Below are positions 49,769 to 62,225 of a DNA stretch of 64,000 nt, piece by piece. The stretch is from Negaprion brevirostris (lineage: Eukaryota): positions 39,174,521 to 39,238,520 of the forward strand of contig JARDVH010000106.1 in the NCBI GenBank assembly GCA_030324005.1, given 5' to 3'. The position numbers and the translations under genes are program-made. Below the pieces are notes generated by a model. The model did not search any database, had not been told where the DNA came from, and saw nothing but the letters and a program-made list of their open reading frames with translations. Every line of letters begins with the position of its first letter. The stretch's first letter is position 1.

Positions 49769-50057
49769 TCGCCGGAACTGGCTGCTATTAAATGATGTAC
49801 TACGGCAACTGAAGGTGTCAGCCCGCGTCTTTCGCTCCTCATTCCCACACATTGAAAATCCCACCATTTCAGAGGCAGAGTTCTACAGACAGGCTTCTGT
49901 GAGCCAACTTTTTACCTACCCAGAGAATTTTAAAACTCATGACATTGACAATAAAGGAACACTGGAGCTAGTGGAATTCACAAGCGAACTTCAAGAACTG
50001 TTGGGATCATCTGTCACGTACCTATACGCTGACAATGAGATTGAAGTATACAATTAA
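49769..50057 (+). CDS. BCOR: BCOR last coding exon (exon 15 equivalent), PUFD (PCGF1-binding) domain to stop codon
   Basis: Pyrimidine tract then gacag|T acceptor. Encodes RNWLLLNDVL...EAEFYRQ...LELVEFTSELQELLGSS; TAA at 50055-50057. Confidence 0.96.
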
Positions 50058-50786
50058 CTGCTAAAGGACTAGGTCACATATTGGCTGCTGTTCCTTAATT
50101 ATGGCCTACATTCAAGAAAAACAAAACTGTGTAAATGATGTAAACGATGTGTTATTTCATGGATCGTTGTGTTTGGAAAAAAAACACTATTCTGAATACT
50201 AAATGACAGCATTGTCTATGTTCTTGTATATTTGAAAGCCAAGATTCCATTTTGGATGAACTTGTGAATTTTTCAAACAGAAATCTCCCTGTTTATAATT
50301 TTTTTTGTATGCTGTCTGTTTCTTATCTTTCTGTAAATGTAATTTTCTGCTTTTTGGCAGGTAGCCCAAATTAGGAACTTTTTTCCTGCACACTGCATAT
50401 GTAAACACATTCATTTGATTGTTATTTTATTTTTTTTTAAAGAAGCACTGATTTTTAAGATGGTGTCCATTTGCAGATCCTGTGGCCCCTGTCACGTGAT
50501 CTGTTTAAGAGGCTTGGTTGCGTTGAGGCACTTCACTTTATTGTTTACAAAGTTACCTGTCGTGGTCAGGTACACTTGTAAGATAATGAAAACTGTTTCC
50601 TTAGGTCAGAAGGGCTCTGACTCGGATTCACTTTTAGATAACCACACTCAGACATCACCCAGTCCTTTATACATACATATATGTAACATGTTTTACATTT
50701 TTGCTTTTATTTAAAATGAATTTAAAATATTTTTTCTGTACTTTGTACAAAAAAATTATGAAATTTAAAATTTTAGAGGATTGTAC

Positions 50787-50792
50787 AATAAA
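50787..50792 (+). terminator. Proximal polyadenylation signal of BCOR
   Basis: AATAAA preceded by several TGTA elements in an AT-rich, repeat-free 3'UTR and followed by GT-rich sequence. Confidence 0.6.
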
Positions 50793-50975
50793 AGCTGTTT
50801 TGTCAAGAGTGGAGTTATATACCGTGGATGTTGGGGAACTACATGTTTCTGATAGTTGTATAATATTTTAGAACATCTGTTTAACTTTGTAAGTAAAACT
50901 GCTGTATATTTAGGTTTATATTTTACAGTGACTAAAACGATTTTTCCTTAAAAGCCAAAAAAGGAAATGTCTGGT

Positions 50976-50981
50976 AATAAA
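50976..50981 (+). terminator. Second candidate polyadenylation signal of BCOR
   Basis: AATAAA ~190 nt downstream of the first, with upstream TGTA motifs. Confidence 0.45.
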
Positions 50982-51989
50982 GACATTGTTTGATAAAGGG
51001 ATATCACTGTGCCATATTACTCACGTGTGCATGTTGATAACAGTTCTTTTTAAATGTAGGAAACTTACTACAACACAGGCTTGTTATGTCCTAGGTCCAT
51101 ATCAACAAATGAAAGATGCCACGTCTTTGAAAGATATACTTTCTTGGCCCCTCCTCATTTTCTCCTTTCTCTTGAGTGTTTTTACTTCTCTAAAAAAAAC
51201 TCATCTCCATTGGGTGCTCTGGGCCTGAGCTCATGGGGCATGGGATTATTTGAAAAGCAATTCATTCTTTTGATGCTCTGGAGTGATGTATTAAAATATT
51301 TGTCCCTCTGTGGCTATTTCTTTTTAGTTGGAATCAATTCCATCTACCCTGTGTGGCAATCTATAATAACTATGTCAACCAGCTTATGCTCATTAACTAA
51401 CCTAGTGACTTCTTCAAAAGAAGTGAATCAAGACCCAGTCTTCTTTTCCAGAAACCCCACATTGAAAATTTCTAATAGCTCCTTCCCTTTCCTGAGCATC
51501 ACTCAGAATATTTTCAAGTGTCTTCTGTTTGAGTAGTAGCAGGCTGGTGGAATAAAAGGCGTCCCACACCAGGAACGTGGGCATCATCCACAGGCCAGAA
51601 GACAGATGTGAAATAACCATCTAACAGCACTGCAAAACATGGAAATCATTTTGAATCTGTGCTAAAGGTCAAATAAGGCTTTTATGGCTGAAAAAACTTT
51701 TGCTATTACAACAATCATATATCATTTTGGTTCGCAACGGTCTCTTAAATCTTTCTCTGACAACAGCTTTTGTCTCCCTTGGTTGCAATTGATCCATAAA
51801 TGATAACCTGATAATTAACCATATGACGAGATGAATCTAACTTGGATAAACATATCTAAGCAACGATGTATTCAGCATTTAGAAGAAAAATGGCAACAGC
51901 ACTAAATATGTTGGCATCTCATTCTGCACCTGCTCCACTTTGTCACTCATCAAATGAAGCCAATATATGAATTCAAGTTAACATAGAAG

Positions 51990-52390
51990 AATATCTGAAA
52001 TTAATAGAGGAACAATTAAAAATGGACATCAAGCCTAAGGAAGTATTAGGTGGGAATATGGAAAGCTTGTTTAAATATGTAGGTTTTAAATAGTGTCTTT
52101 AAAGGAGAGGTGAATGGGATGGGTGTGGGGTTAGGAAGCAATGTTTGTGTGGGGTTTAGGTGGCAAAAGGCAAGGCCAAAAATGGCAGCAAACTGAAAAT
52201 GGCACAAGAGACCATAGTCAGAATAATGGAAGGTTTCTAGGGCTTGTTGCAATCATAGACATGAAGAGAGTTTGAATACAAGAATGAGAATTTTAAATGG
52301 AAGCCATTGGGAGATCTGGAGCAAAGGTAGGTCAATGAGGATATGAGTGAATTGAGAACTGGCAGGGGATAGGATAGGGATAAGCAGAAA
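51990..52390 (-). mobile_element. L2 LINE 3' fragment
   Basis: Minus translation ILIDLPLLQISQWLPFKILILVFKL matches L2 LHWLP..FKIL.LVFK. Confidence 0.65.
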
Positions 52391-52596
52391 TTTGATTCTT
52401 TTTTTATGTACAGTTGGGTATCCTTTTGGGAAATCTGGTAATGAAATTTTGTACATGCCATTCCTGATTTCAGGAGCTATGAAAGGATTTAATAATGGAT
52501 TCATTGTTGCTGCAATTATTTTGGATCACTGCATTCTCATCTTGACTAAAGGTTATGAATAAGCCTCAATAAAGATTTCTACCAGCAATAAACAAC

Positions 52597-52955
52597 GGCA
52601 CAGTAGTTAGCACTGCTGCCTCACAGTACTAGGGACCCAGGTTCAATTCCCAGCTTGGGTTACTGCCTGTGCGAAGTCTGCATGTTTTCCCTGCGTCTTT
52701 GTAAGTTTTCTCCAGGTGTTCTGGTTTCCTCCCACAGTCTGAAAGACATGCGGGTTAGGTGCATTGATCATCCTAAATTTGCCCTCTGTGTACCTGAACA
52801 GGTCAGAAGTCTCACAACACCAGGTTAAAGTCCAACAAGTTTATTTGATAGTAAACCCTGAACAGGTGCCAGAGTGTGGTGAATAGGGGATTTTCACTAA
52901 CTTCATTGCAGTGATAATGTAAGATTAATTGTAACATGAATAAATAAACTTTAAA
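52597..52955 (+). mobile_element. V-SINE with type B tail, containing a nested 53-bp PLE fragment
   Basis: Head, V-domain and type B tail. Insertion 52804-52856 is flanked by CCTGAACAGGT. Confidence 0.85.
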
Positions 52956-53074
52956 CCATTTGAATGGCAGGCTACATTCTTTGCAGCTTGTTGATCTGAA
53001 TTGAACCCTTCTGATGAATTGCAATACAATTCAAGCTGATGACTTCTTTGTGTGGGTATCAATAGTTCAACACC

Positions 53075-54453
53075 ATTTATTGCCCATCCCTAATTGCCCT
53101 TGAGAAGCTAGTGGTGACCTGCCTTCCTGAGCCACTGCAGTGTATATAATGTGGATACACCCACAGTGCTATTCAAAAGAAAATTCCAGGGTCTCGGCCC
53201 AGTGACAGTGAAGGAATGGCAATAAAGTTCCAAGTTAGGGTGTGGTGTGACTTGGAAGGGAATTTGCAGGTGGTAGTTTTGCCATGCAACTACTGTCCTT
53301 GTTCTTCTAGATGGTTGAGGTTGTAGGTTTGGAAGGTGCTGCCAAAGGTGGCTTGATAAGCTGCTGCAATGTATCTTGTAATTGGGTACATACTGTTCTA
53401 ACTGTATATTGGTGATGGAGGGAGTAAATATTAAAGGCAGTGGGTGGGGTACCAATCTAGAGGACTGCCTTGTCCTGGTTGGTGTAAAGCCTCTTGAGCA
53501 TTGTTGGAGCTGCACCCATCCAGACAAGTAGAGAGTATTCCATCACATTCCTGACTTGTGCTTTGTAGATGGTGTACAGGCTTAGGGGAGTCAGGAAGTG
53601 TATTACCCACTGCAGAATGCCAGCCTTTCATCTGTTATTTTAGCCATAGTATTTATTTGGTTATTCCAGTTTGTGGAAAATGGTAACTCGCAGAATCTTG
53701 GTAGTGGCGAATTGAGTGATGGTAGTGCCATTGAACATCAAGGGGGGATTAAAGACAAAATACTACAGATGGAAATATGAAATCAAAACAGAAGGTGCTA
53801 GATAAATTCAGAAGGTCTGGCAGCATCTGTGGAGAGAGAAACACAATCGAATCCATATGACTTCTTTAGACTTCTTCAAGAGATGATGATTGGATTGCCC
53901 AGAACTTACTTGCTCCTTCCTAGCCTAGCCTGAATGTACTGGTCTTGCTGCATATAGACATGATACACAAATGATACTGAAAATTGTGTAATCATCAGTG
54001 AACAACTCCACTTCTAAACTTACAATGGTGGGAAAGTCGTGATGAAGCAGCAGAAGATGGTTTGGCCTAGGGCAATACCTGAAGACCACTTACAGCAATA
54101 TCTTGGGACTGAGAGGATTGATCTCCAGCAAGAACAGCCATCTTCCTTTGTGCTAAGCAAAACTTATCACTTAGATTGTGACCAGTGGAGAGTTTTCCCC
54201 GATTTCCATTAACTCCAGTTTTGCTAAGGTTCCTTGATACCACACTCGGTCAAATGCTGCCTTAATATCAAGGGCAGCCATCTTGCCTCTTGAGTTCAGC
54301 TTGTTTTTCCATGTTTGGGCAAAAACCATAATGAAATCAAGAGCTGAGTGGCTCTGGCAGAAACTAAACTGAGGTTCTACAAGTAGGTAATTGTCTAAGT
54401 GCTCTTGATAGCACTATCAATGAGACTTCCCATCACTTTACTGAAGATAGAGA
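53075..54453 (-). mobile_element. CR1-Zenon-like LINE, 5'-truncated, with nested PLE end (~53750-53875)
   Basis: Reverse complement encodes TIYKAQVRNVMEYSLLVWMGAAPTMLKRL-like sequence. RT motif DIKAAFDRVWY at ~54235-54270. Confidence 0.8.
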
Positions 54454-55214
54454 ACTTCCTCTGCTGCCATTGAAGGCAGCAGAGGAAGTGGGTGAGTGGT
54501 AGGAAAGAACTAATTTCAGAATGGAAACTGTATAACACTAGTTTGCATTTTAAATTAAAAATCCATTTTTCTCCTTGCTTCTGTCACGTGAAATAAAGGA
54601 ACAAATACAAAATACAGAAGCCAAATGATGACCCCTGTGGGTCCTCATCCAACTGTGGACTTAAATGAGCTTCTGACAGGTACATCAGCAGGGAGTGAGT
54701 TGACCTTTTGAGTTTCTCAGCTTCCTGTGGATATGGAGGCAGTACTTCCTCAGCTTGCTGATGGTAATGAGGCAAGTTCCTCATTTTACCTAGGTCATTG
54801 GGAGGAGATGCCAAGTTTCCCCACAGGCAGTTNNNNNNNNNNNNNNNNNNNNNNNNNNNNNNNNNNNNNNNNNNNNNNNNNNNNNNNNNNNNNNNNNNNN
54901 NNNNNNNNNNNNNNNNNNNNNNNNNNNNNNNNTTGTGAGGAGATGCCAAGTTTCCCCACAGGCAGTTTGGGAAACACAATGAATCACTCTAGACTAGTTG
55001 CTCTAGAACACCAGAATTCTGAAGAATTACAAACTTAAAATAAATGAGTGAGAACAAAAGCAAGCACATGAATCACCAGGTAAAGCCACCTTTGGGTCTT
55101 TTCAAACAGACAGATTTGTAAATAAATAAATGTGAAGCAGTTAAAGTATCTGCTGTAAATATGGGCTATAATGGTGTTAGCCAGTGCCTAATGGCTGGTG
55201 TTGGAAGGTGTTTT

Positions 55215-55650
55215 ATTTTTTTTATTCATTTGTGGGACATGAACATTGCTGGCTGGCCAGCATTTATTGCTCATCCCTAATTGGCCATGAGAAGGTGGTG
55301 GTAAGCTGCTTTCTCGAAACACCGCAGTCCATGTTCTGTGGGTTGACCCACAATGCCATTAGGCAGAGAATTCCAGGATTCTGACCCAAGAACATCAATA
55401 TATTTCCAAGTTAGGATAGTGAGTGGCTTAGACGGCACTTGCGGGAACTTGCACCACGGTGGTGGTGTTCCCATTTATCTGCTACCCTTGTCCTGCGAGA
55501 TGGAAGTGGTTGTGTGTTTGGAAAGTGCTGTCTAAGGATCTTTGGTAAACTGCTACATGGCATCTTTTGGATGATACACGCTGCTGCTACTGACCACTGG
55601 TGGTGGAGGGAGCAAATGTTTATGGATGTGGTGCCAATCAAACAGGTTGG
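55215..55650 (-). mobile_element. CR1-Zenon-like LINE 3' end
   Basis: Parallel to 53075-53460; includes tail tttattcatttgtgggac...cagcatttattgctcatccctaattg. Confidence 0.78.
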
Positions 55651-56119
55651 TGTTCTGGTTGGCGACAAGTCAAGGAGTCTCGCCTGGATCAAGCATTTTT
55701 GGGGATTCTCACCAGGAACTGGTCATAACAGTTGTGTGCTATCTACTGTATTCTTGTGGTTAGTCAACGTGTGTACTCATTTAACTGACAAAGCTAATAT
55801 TCTTCTGCAGCAGGTATTCCTTCAACCTGTTTTGCTGTTTCTTAAATTGACAAAAATGTTTTATCTCTATCACTTAGCAAGCGTATCTTTTAAAGCTGGC
55901 TGCATTATAAGTTCAACATTGTTTTCATTTCCCTTAATATGATTCAAATATGTTTCAGGTACATGATCTTTGACCCATCAGATTTCCTTTGCCAATGAAG
56001 TGCAAATCTTACTATTCAAATCTTCAGTCTGAACAATAAACAGTGACTTCCTCTAATCTGATAAAAAAGGAAAAAGGCATTTTGAAAAGCTATTCATGTA
56101 TTTTGAGAAATATTATGCT

Positions 56120-56570
56120 GCACTTGACACAGAAGAAGCAGTCCATGTTCAAATGCAATAGGGTCTGGACAATATCCAGGCTTGAACTGACAAGCGGCAA
56201 GTAACATTCGCACCACATTAATGCCAGGCAATGGCTGTCACCAATAAGAGACACTCTAACCACTGCCTCTTGACATTCAATGGTGTTAATATCACTGGAT
56301 CCCCCACTGTCAACATCCTTGGGGTTACCATTGAACAGAAGCTAAACTGGACTACCATATAAACACAGTGGCTACAAGAGCAGGTCAGAGGCTAGAAATA
56401 CTGTGATGAGTAACTCACCTCCTGACTCCCCAAAGCCTTTCCACCATCTATAAGGCACAAGTCAGGAGTGTGATGGAATACTACCCAGTTGCCTGGATGG
56501 GTGCAACTCCAACAACATTCAAGAAGCGTGACACCATCCAGGATGCCAAGCTGTTTGATTGGTACCCCCA
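56120..56570 (+). mobile_element. CR1-Zenon-like LINE internal ORF2 fragment
   Basis: Encodes LTPQSLSTIYKAQVRSVMEYYPVAWMGATPTTFKKRDTIQD. Confidence 0.82.
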
Positions 56571-57219
56571 AGTTGTACAAACACAGGGAAGGAGGGAGAA
56601 CCAGTTCCATGTCCAAATTCAACCCACCCTCCACTTATCGCAACAAATCTAACAAGATTCCCTCTCGTTTGGATACATTTTACTAGAGTCCAAAGTTATG
56701 TTTAAAAAGGAGCCAATTTAACCATGCTTTCACGAGTTTTGATAAATAAGTTTATTTACTACTAAAAGGTAAGGAGAAATGAAAGACACATGCATTTACA
56801 TGAATACAGATTAGAAGAAAGAATTGAATGCAGTAGTAAGTAAATATAAATTTAAAATTGGATGGAACATTCCTTGAGTTGCGAGAAGTAGATAATTAGC
56901 ATTGCAGCCAGTACAGGTTGATTTTAGTGGCTGACCTTTCCTGGTAAATAGTTGATTCTTCATGTTTGGTAGAGAGATTTCAGTCCTTTTTCCAGCTGTG
57001 ATCCTTCCATAGGTTGATTGACTTTCGCAGTCAGAGAGAGACTTTTAGATGTTCCTGCAAAGAATGGTTATTTTGCAGAGGCCCTGCCTTGGTCAATGAA
57101 ACACCTTCAGTGCGGCAAACTTACATCTGCTGTTCTCACACAGTCCGTTAGACAGGTAGACAATGGACTGCTCTCTCAGCTAGCTTTTAACCCTGTTTTT
57201 GTGTATTTGAACTGGAACT

Positions 57220-57283
57220 CACTAGATTTTCACAGTAACTTCATTACAGTGTTAATGTAAGCTTACTTGTGACACTAATAAAG
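57220..57283 (+). mobile_element. Isolated type B tail (extreme 5' truncation)
   Basis: ATTTTCACAGTAACTTCATTACAGTGTTAATGTAAGCTTACTTGTGACACTAATAAA with no SINE body. Confidence 0.75.
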
Positions 57284-57692
57284 AAGCATAAACTAGGTGC
57301 TCTAAACATTAATACTTCAGGTTCTTTGGATGAGATAGTCACAATGTTCCTTTGTCTTTATCACAGAAATGTCTTTGAATTCTTTTAGAATCCTTCGAGA
57401 AACCCCCTGCAGCCATTCCTGTCCATGACTAGGATCTGTGTCCATTTTTAAATATAAAACTCAGGACTTTTTTAATGTATAGTATTTTTGTGTATAATTC
57501 CAGGGTTTTTCTCCATCATCATAACACAATTGAAATATTCATATCTCTATTTAATGTGAGACACGGAAGACACCTCATGAATCTAATTTTAATTTGTAGG
57601 ACCAGTAATAAAGCATGATTTTAATGAATTTTGAAAACTATTTAAAACAGTATGTCTGAGGTAAGGCATTTTGTTAGGACAGTGCAATCTAA

Positions 57693-58060
57693 GGGGAAGT
57701 GATGGCCTGGTGGTATTATTGCTGGATGATTAATCTAGAAAATAAACAAATGTTCTGGGACCTGGTTTGAATCCCACCACAGCAGATGGTGGAATTTGAA
57801 TTCATTTAAAAGTATCTGGAATTAAGAATCTACTTACTGATGACCATGAAACCACTGTCGATTGTTGGAAAAATCCATCTCGTTCACTAACGCCCATGAG
57901 GGATGGAAATCTGCTGTCCCAACCTGATCTGACCTACACATGACTCCAGAGCCACAGTGATGTGGTTGACTCTCAGCTGCCCCTCTAGGGCAATTAGGGA
58001 TTGGCATTAAGTACTGGCCAGCCAGCAATACCCATGTTCCAAGAATGAATTAAAAAAAAG
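57693..58060 (+). mobile_element. Full-length tRNA-derived SINE with CR1-Zenon-like tail
   Basis: A-box-like TGGCCTGGTGG and B-box-like GGTTTGAATCC. 3' end GGGCAATTAGGGATTGGCATTAAGTACTGGCCAGCCAGC...GAATGAATTAAAA is shared with the LINE tail. Confidence 0.8.
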
Positions 58061-58744
58061 TATTTGATACTGTGACNNNNNNNNNNNNNNNNNNNNNNNN
58101 NNNNNNNNNNNNNNNNNNNNNNNNNNNNNNNNNNNNNNNNNNNNNNNNNNNNNNNNNNNNNNNNNNNNNNNNNNNNAATTAAAAAAAAGTATTTGATACT
58201 GTGACAGTGTGGAAACATATTATTCCTCTCCTTCACAGAGGGCATCCTTCATCTGGGTCATTGTAAAATTCACCTAAATATACACATCTTCAAGCAGCAT
58301 TTTATTTTGAAAGTTTTTTTTTCTGGCTACGTGTTACAATACAATTCACATCACAACATCCGAGGAAATATGTGGTATCTCAGAGCAGTGAGTCTTACAC
58401 TCATTGAAACCATGCTGGGATAATATTATTTATTACAAGTTCCCAGCCCAGATCGTGCCCGCTTGCAGAAGCATGCTGTGTACTGGGAGAGATATTGGCA
58501 AGAGTTAAGTTGCAACTGTGATTAAAGGGACTGCTCTTACAAAACAAATTCTGGAAAAAGTCACAGACCATTTCCATTTTGGGGTAGGGGGAGGTACACC
58601 TTCAACATCCCAGGGCACTGTCTCATAGAAAACAAAAATAACTTGCAATCATTTAGAGTTACAGCTGTGAAGATTGTAAATGGAGAGGGTCATATGAGCT
58701 ATTCTCCAGTTTATTTGACAATATGTTAGGAATCCAGGGATGAT

Positions 58745-58918
58745 CGGGGGATAGGGGGAGGGGTGCCAGGATAATGTGTGTGGCGGGTTGAGTGGGGGGG
58801 GTACGGCGTGGATCAGGTTGCTGGGAATGATTGGTGGTGGCGGCGGCGATGGTGGTGGTGGCTTGGGAGGAGGGTGAGTGGTGGAGGAGTTGAGGGGATG
58901 GGGGGGAGGAGGTGGATG
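58745..58918. repeat. G-rich low-complexity tract next to a gap
   Basis: Runs of G, GGT and GGC; proline-rich spurious ORF on the minus strand. Confidence 0.6.
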
Positions 58919-59515
58919 ANNNNNNNNNNNNNNNNNNNNNNNNNNNNNNNNNNNNNNNNNNNNNNNNNNNNNNNNNNNNNNNNNNNNNNNNNNNNNNNNN
59001 NNNNNNNNNNNNNNNNNNNATGAACAGTCTCCAGTCACCTCTGCGATGGAGTGGGGTTCATTATTATTTGTGATCAAGGGGGGGAGAATTATATCTTATT
59101 TGTGATTGGGTCATCCTCAACACTTCCCCACTTTTATTTTGGCTTTCGAAGTGTCAAGATCTGGAGAGAAAATAGACCGGTGAAACTGCAAAGTTTCACA
59201 CCAGGTTCTTGCCAGAACTGACATTTTGACAAATTCTCATAAAATTCCCCTCTTAATATCACACACACTATCTGCAGCAAGCATCAGTACACGTACACAC
59301 CCTCTTCAAGTGATTTAATTTGAAATGCATATGCAATGAGAATGAGTGGGAGGGGGAGTCAGAGAATGAGGAGGAACTGCCTACCCACGATCTTGCATTC
59401 TTTCTTGATGTTGACCCTTCCCATGGCCTGGGTCCTACAAAATTCTATTAGATAATCAATTGTCTCATCTGTCATTGCAGGGTGCACCAAGCTTTTTTAA
59501 GTTTAGGTTTAGGTT

Positions 59516-59820
59516 TATGTTTATTTATTAACGTCACAAGGAGGCTTACTTTAACATTGCAATGAAGTTACTGTGAAAATCCCCTAGTCGCTAGACTCCA
59601 GCACCTGTTCGGGTACACTGAGGGAGAATTTAGCATGGCCAACACATCTAACCAGCACATCTTTTGGACTGTGGGAGAAACTGGAGCACTCAGGGGAAAC
59701 TCACATAGAAACAGGGAGAATGTGGGGTCTTCGCACAGACAGTGACCCAAGTCAGGAATCAAACCCGGGTCCCTGATGCTGTGAGGTGGCAGTGCTAACC
59801 ACTGTGTCACCATGCTGCCC
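59516..59820 (-). mobile_element. V-SINE with type B tail
   Basis: Reverse complement of the 29918-30193 type element. Confidence 0.88.
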
Positions 59821-60277
59821 TATATTTAAATATCCTTTAAGGAATAATGGTGATTATAGTGGAGTTCACTCGCTGTATCTACTGAATCACGCATCACTTT
59901 TTGACAGAGCTACAGTCCAATGTAAAGCACATGGGAATTTCAGAGCCACCTAAAGCACAGTCAAAGTGGAACCTGGACTCACTCAATGTCGCTCCCATGA
60001 ACGTGACAAAAGGTATCTTTTGATTCCATCCCTAAGAGGCTTTTGTGTTGATTTCAACATGCTGAGGAAGTGAAGGAAAAAAAGCATTTTTGCAGGAATC
60101 ACTGCTGTTCCCATTCAGTGATCTCCTTTCATGCAGGTAACTGGAAATACTGAAGGAGCACCTAGTACAGACAAAACTACTACCTTTAAGTTGACTAATT
60201 CATCCGACTTCTCCAATTCAAATGACAGAAGATATGTTTGAATGCGAGCAGAATCAACCAACTACCACAGAGCAGAC

Positions 60278-60560
60278 ATAAGTTCATAAATTCATAAGAT
60301 ATAGGCAGAATTAGGCCATTCAGCCCACAGAGTCCACTCCACCATTTGATCATGGCTGATATGCTCCTCATCCCCATGTTCTTGCCTTCTCCCCATAATC
60401 TTTTAACCCATTACCTGTTAAAAATCTGTCTAACTCCTCCTCAAATTTACTCACTGTCCCAGCATCACCCTTTGGGGTAGTGAATTCCATAGATTCACAA
60501 CCTTTTGGGAGAAGTAGTTTCTCCTCAACACTGTTTTAAATTTGCTATCCCTTATCCTAA
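60278..60560 (-). mobile_element. CR1 3' end
   Basis: cataag-like repeats, ttaggccattcagccc and gaattccatagattcacaacc. Confidence 0.78.
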
Positions 60561-61991
60561 CATGGCGGCAGCAGTTGCTGAATTATCCCATAACACTGCA
60601 CAAAGAAAGTCATCTTAATCCCAAAAAATTTCCACTGACATTCAGCAGCTAACCTTTTTGGCTGCCACTGTCAGTTAAGTAACATCTGGAAAGGAGCTAT
60701 GCATAAGGTTTTGGAGCACTGAAAATGAAAGGGGAACACCAGGGCACACAAATCTCTTATAGGAAAATATATTTGGTTTCATTTCAATTTTATTAGAGAA
60801 TTTTCTTGGGACTAGGTAGAATTTTGCATCAGCAGATGAAAGGGAGGATATCTTTTAGGGGAGAGTTAGTGCAGTGACTAACACTGGTGATAGTACAATT
60901 GTGTGCATGTGAAGGTCCAATAATGCACTGGCAGCTAGGGGCTTAATATAAAGTCATTTCAAATAGAGTTTGCTGTATAGTTCTTTCTGTCTCCAAAGAT
61001 GACTGCAAGAATCTCTCATGTTTCTCATCTTTATCTTAATTCCCTCTTGTCTGGTTGGTTTTTCATTTGTTATGATCCTTGTAGAAACCAATTTAAAAAG
61101 AAATTTGAACTTCCAATAATGAACAGAGGACATTACAAAATTTTAAACATTTACTATAACAAAAAGACTAAAAGTATTGCTGACTAAACGTTGTTTTTGT
61201 AAGTAAATTATACCTTAAACGATTGATCAGAACTTGTAACACAACAAGAAACATCCCATTATCAAGTAGAAATTCAATTCTCCCAGAATCAGTTTCCTTT
61301 GCATGCACCCTTCCCTGTGGCAATGTAAATCACACGGGCCCTGTTTTCAGGTAGAAATGCTAATTAGCTATTCTTTAGATTCCAACTCTATCCTCTCCTT
61401 GAATCAAGTGGACAGTTCAAAGTATACCCTTCTATAACCTGACATGTTTAACTTCCCTGGGTCTTACAGATCCATTCTCAACATGCCCTTCGGCATCACA
61501 GTTGCCTCTGCCATTGTTGCATTTGTGAATACCTCAGATCTTTTCCTAGTAAAATAACCTAGGTCTCCCTTGAATCTTTTACAGCCCTATCACTGACACC
61601 TGTTGCCAGACAGACTTCAGCCCAAGTTTCTCTTCATTTATCCTAAATTTAAAGACATGGTCCCAAAAACAGTAATAAATCTGCTTCAGATTTATGACTC
61701 TGAATGTCAATGCTGGGGAACATGCAGTAGACTACGATGATTTTTTAACACTCCAGTCGGGTAGTTTTGTAATATCTGATTTGTCCGCTTACCTGAAGTC
61801 TACTGTGTGTTAGGCTACATGTTCCTTATTATGACTACATGTTCCTTATTATATTTGCTGCAATGCATTGCCGTCTCAGGATTATCTTAAGCAAGTGCTG
61901 AAGTAAGAAACCCAGATTTTATAGATACCATCATTGGAGGTTTTCCTGCTCAGCCAATAAATCATGCCATGAAGGAACGCTTTGAAAGAAA

Positions 61992-62225
61992 GGGTTTCCT
62001 CTGGGTGGTACAGTTTTCTCCCACAGTCCAAAGATGCGCAGGTTAGGTAGATTGGTCATGCAATTTAGCCTGTTAGTGTCTCAAGATGTGCAGGCTAGGG
62101 GGATTCATTGGCTAAATATGTGGGGTTACGGGGATAGGGATCTCTGGGTAAGATACTCTTTCAGAGAGTTGGTGCAGACTCAGTGAGCCGAATGGCCTCC
62201 TTCTCCACTGTAGGGATTCTATATT
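61992..62225 (+). mobile_element. 5'-truncated HE1-type V-SINE
   Basis: cccacagtccaaagatgcgcaggttagg...gccgaatggcctccttctccactgtagggattctat. Confidence 0.82.

Noticed and set aside
58649-59077. Proline-rich minus-strand ORF / G-quadruplex tract
   Set aside because: Low-complexity G-rich repeat broken by a gap, with no coding evidence.
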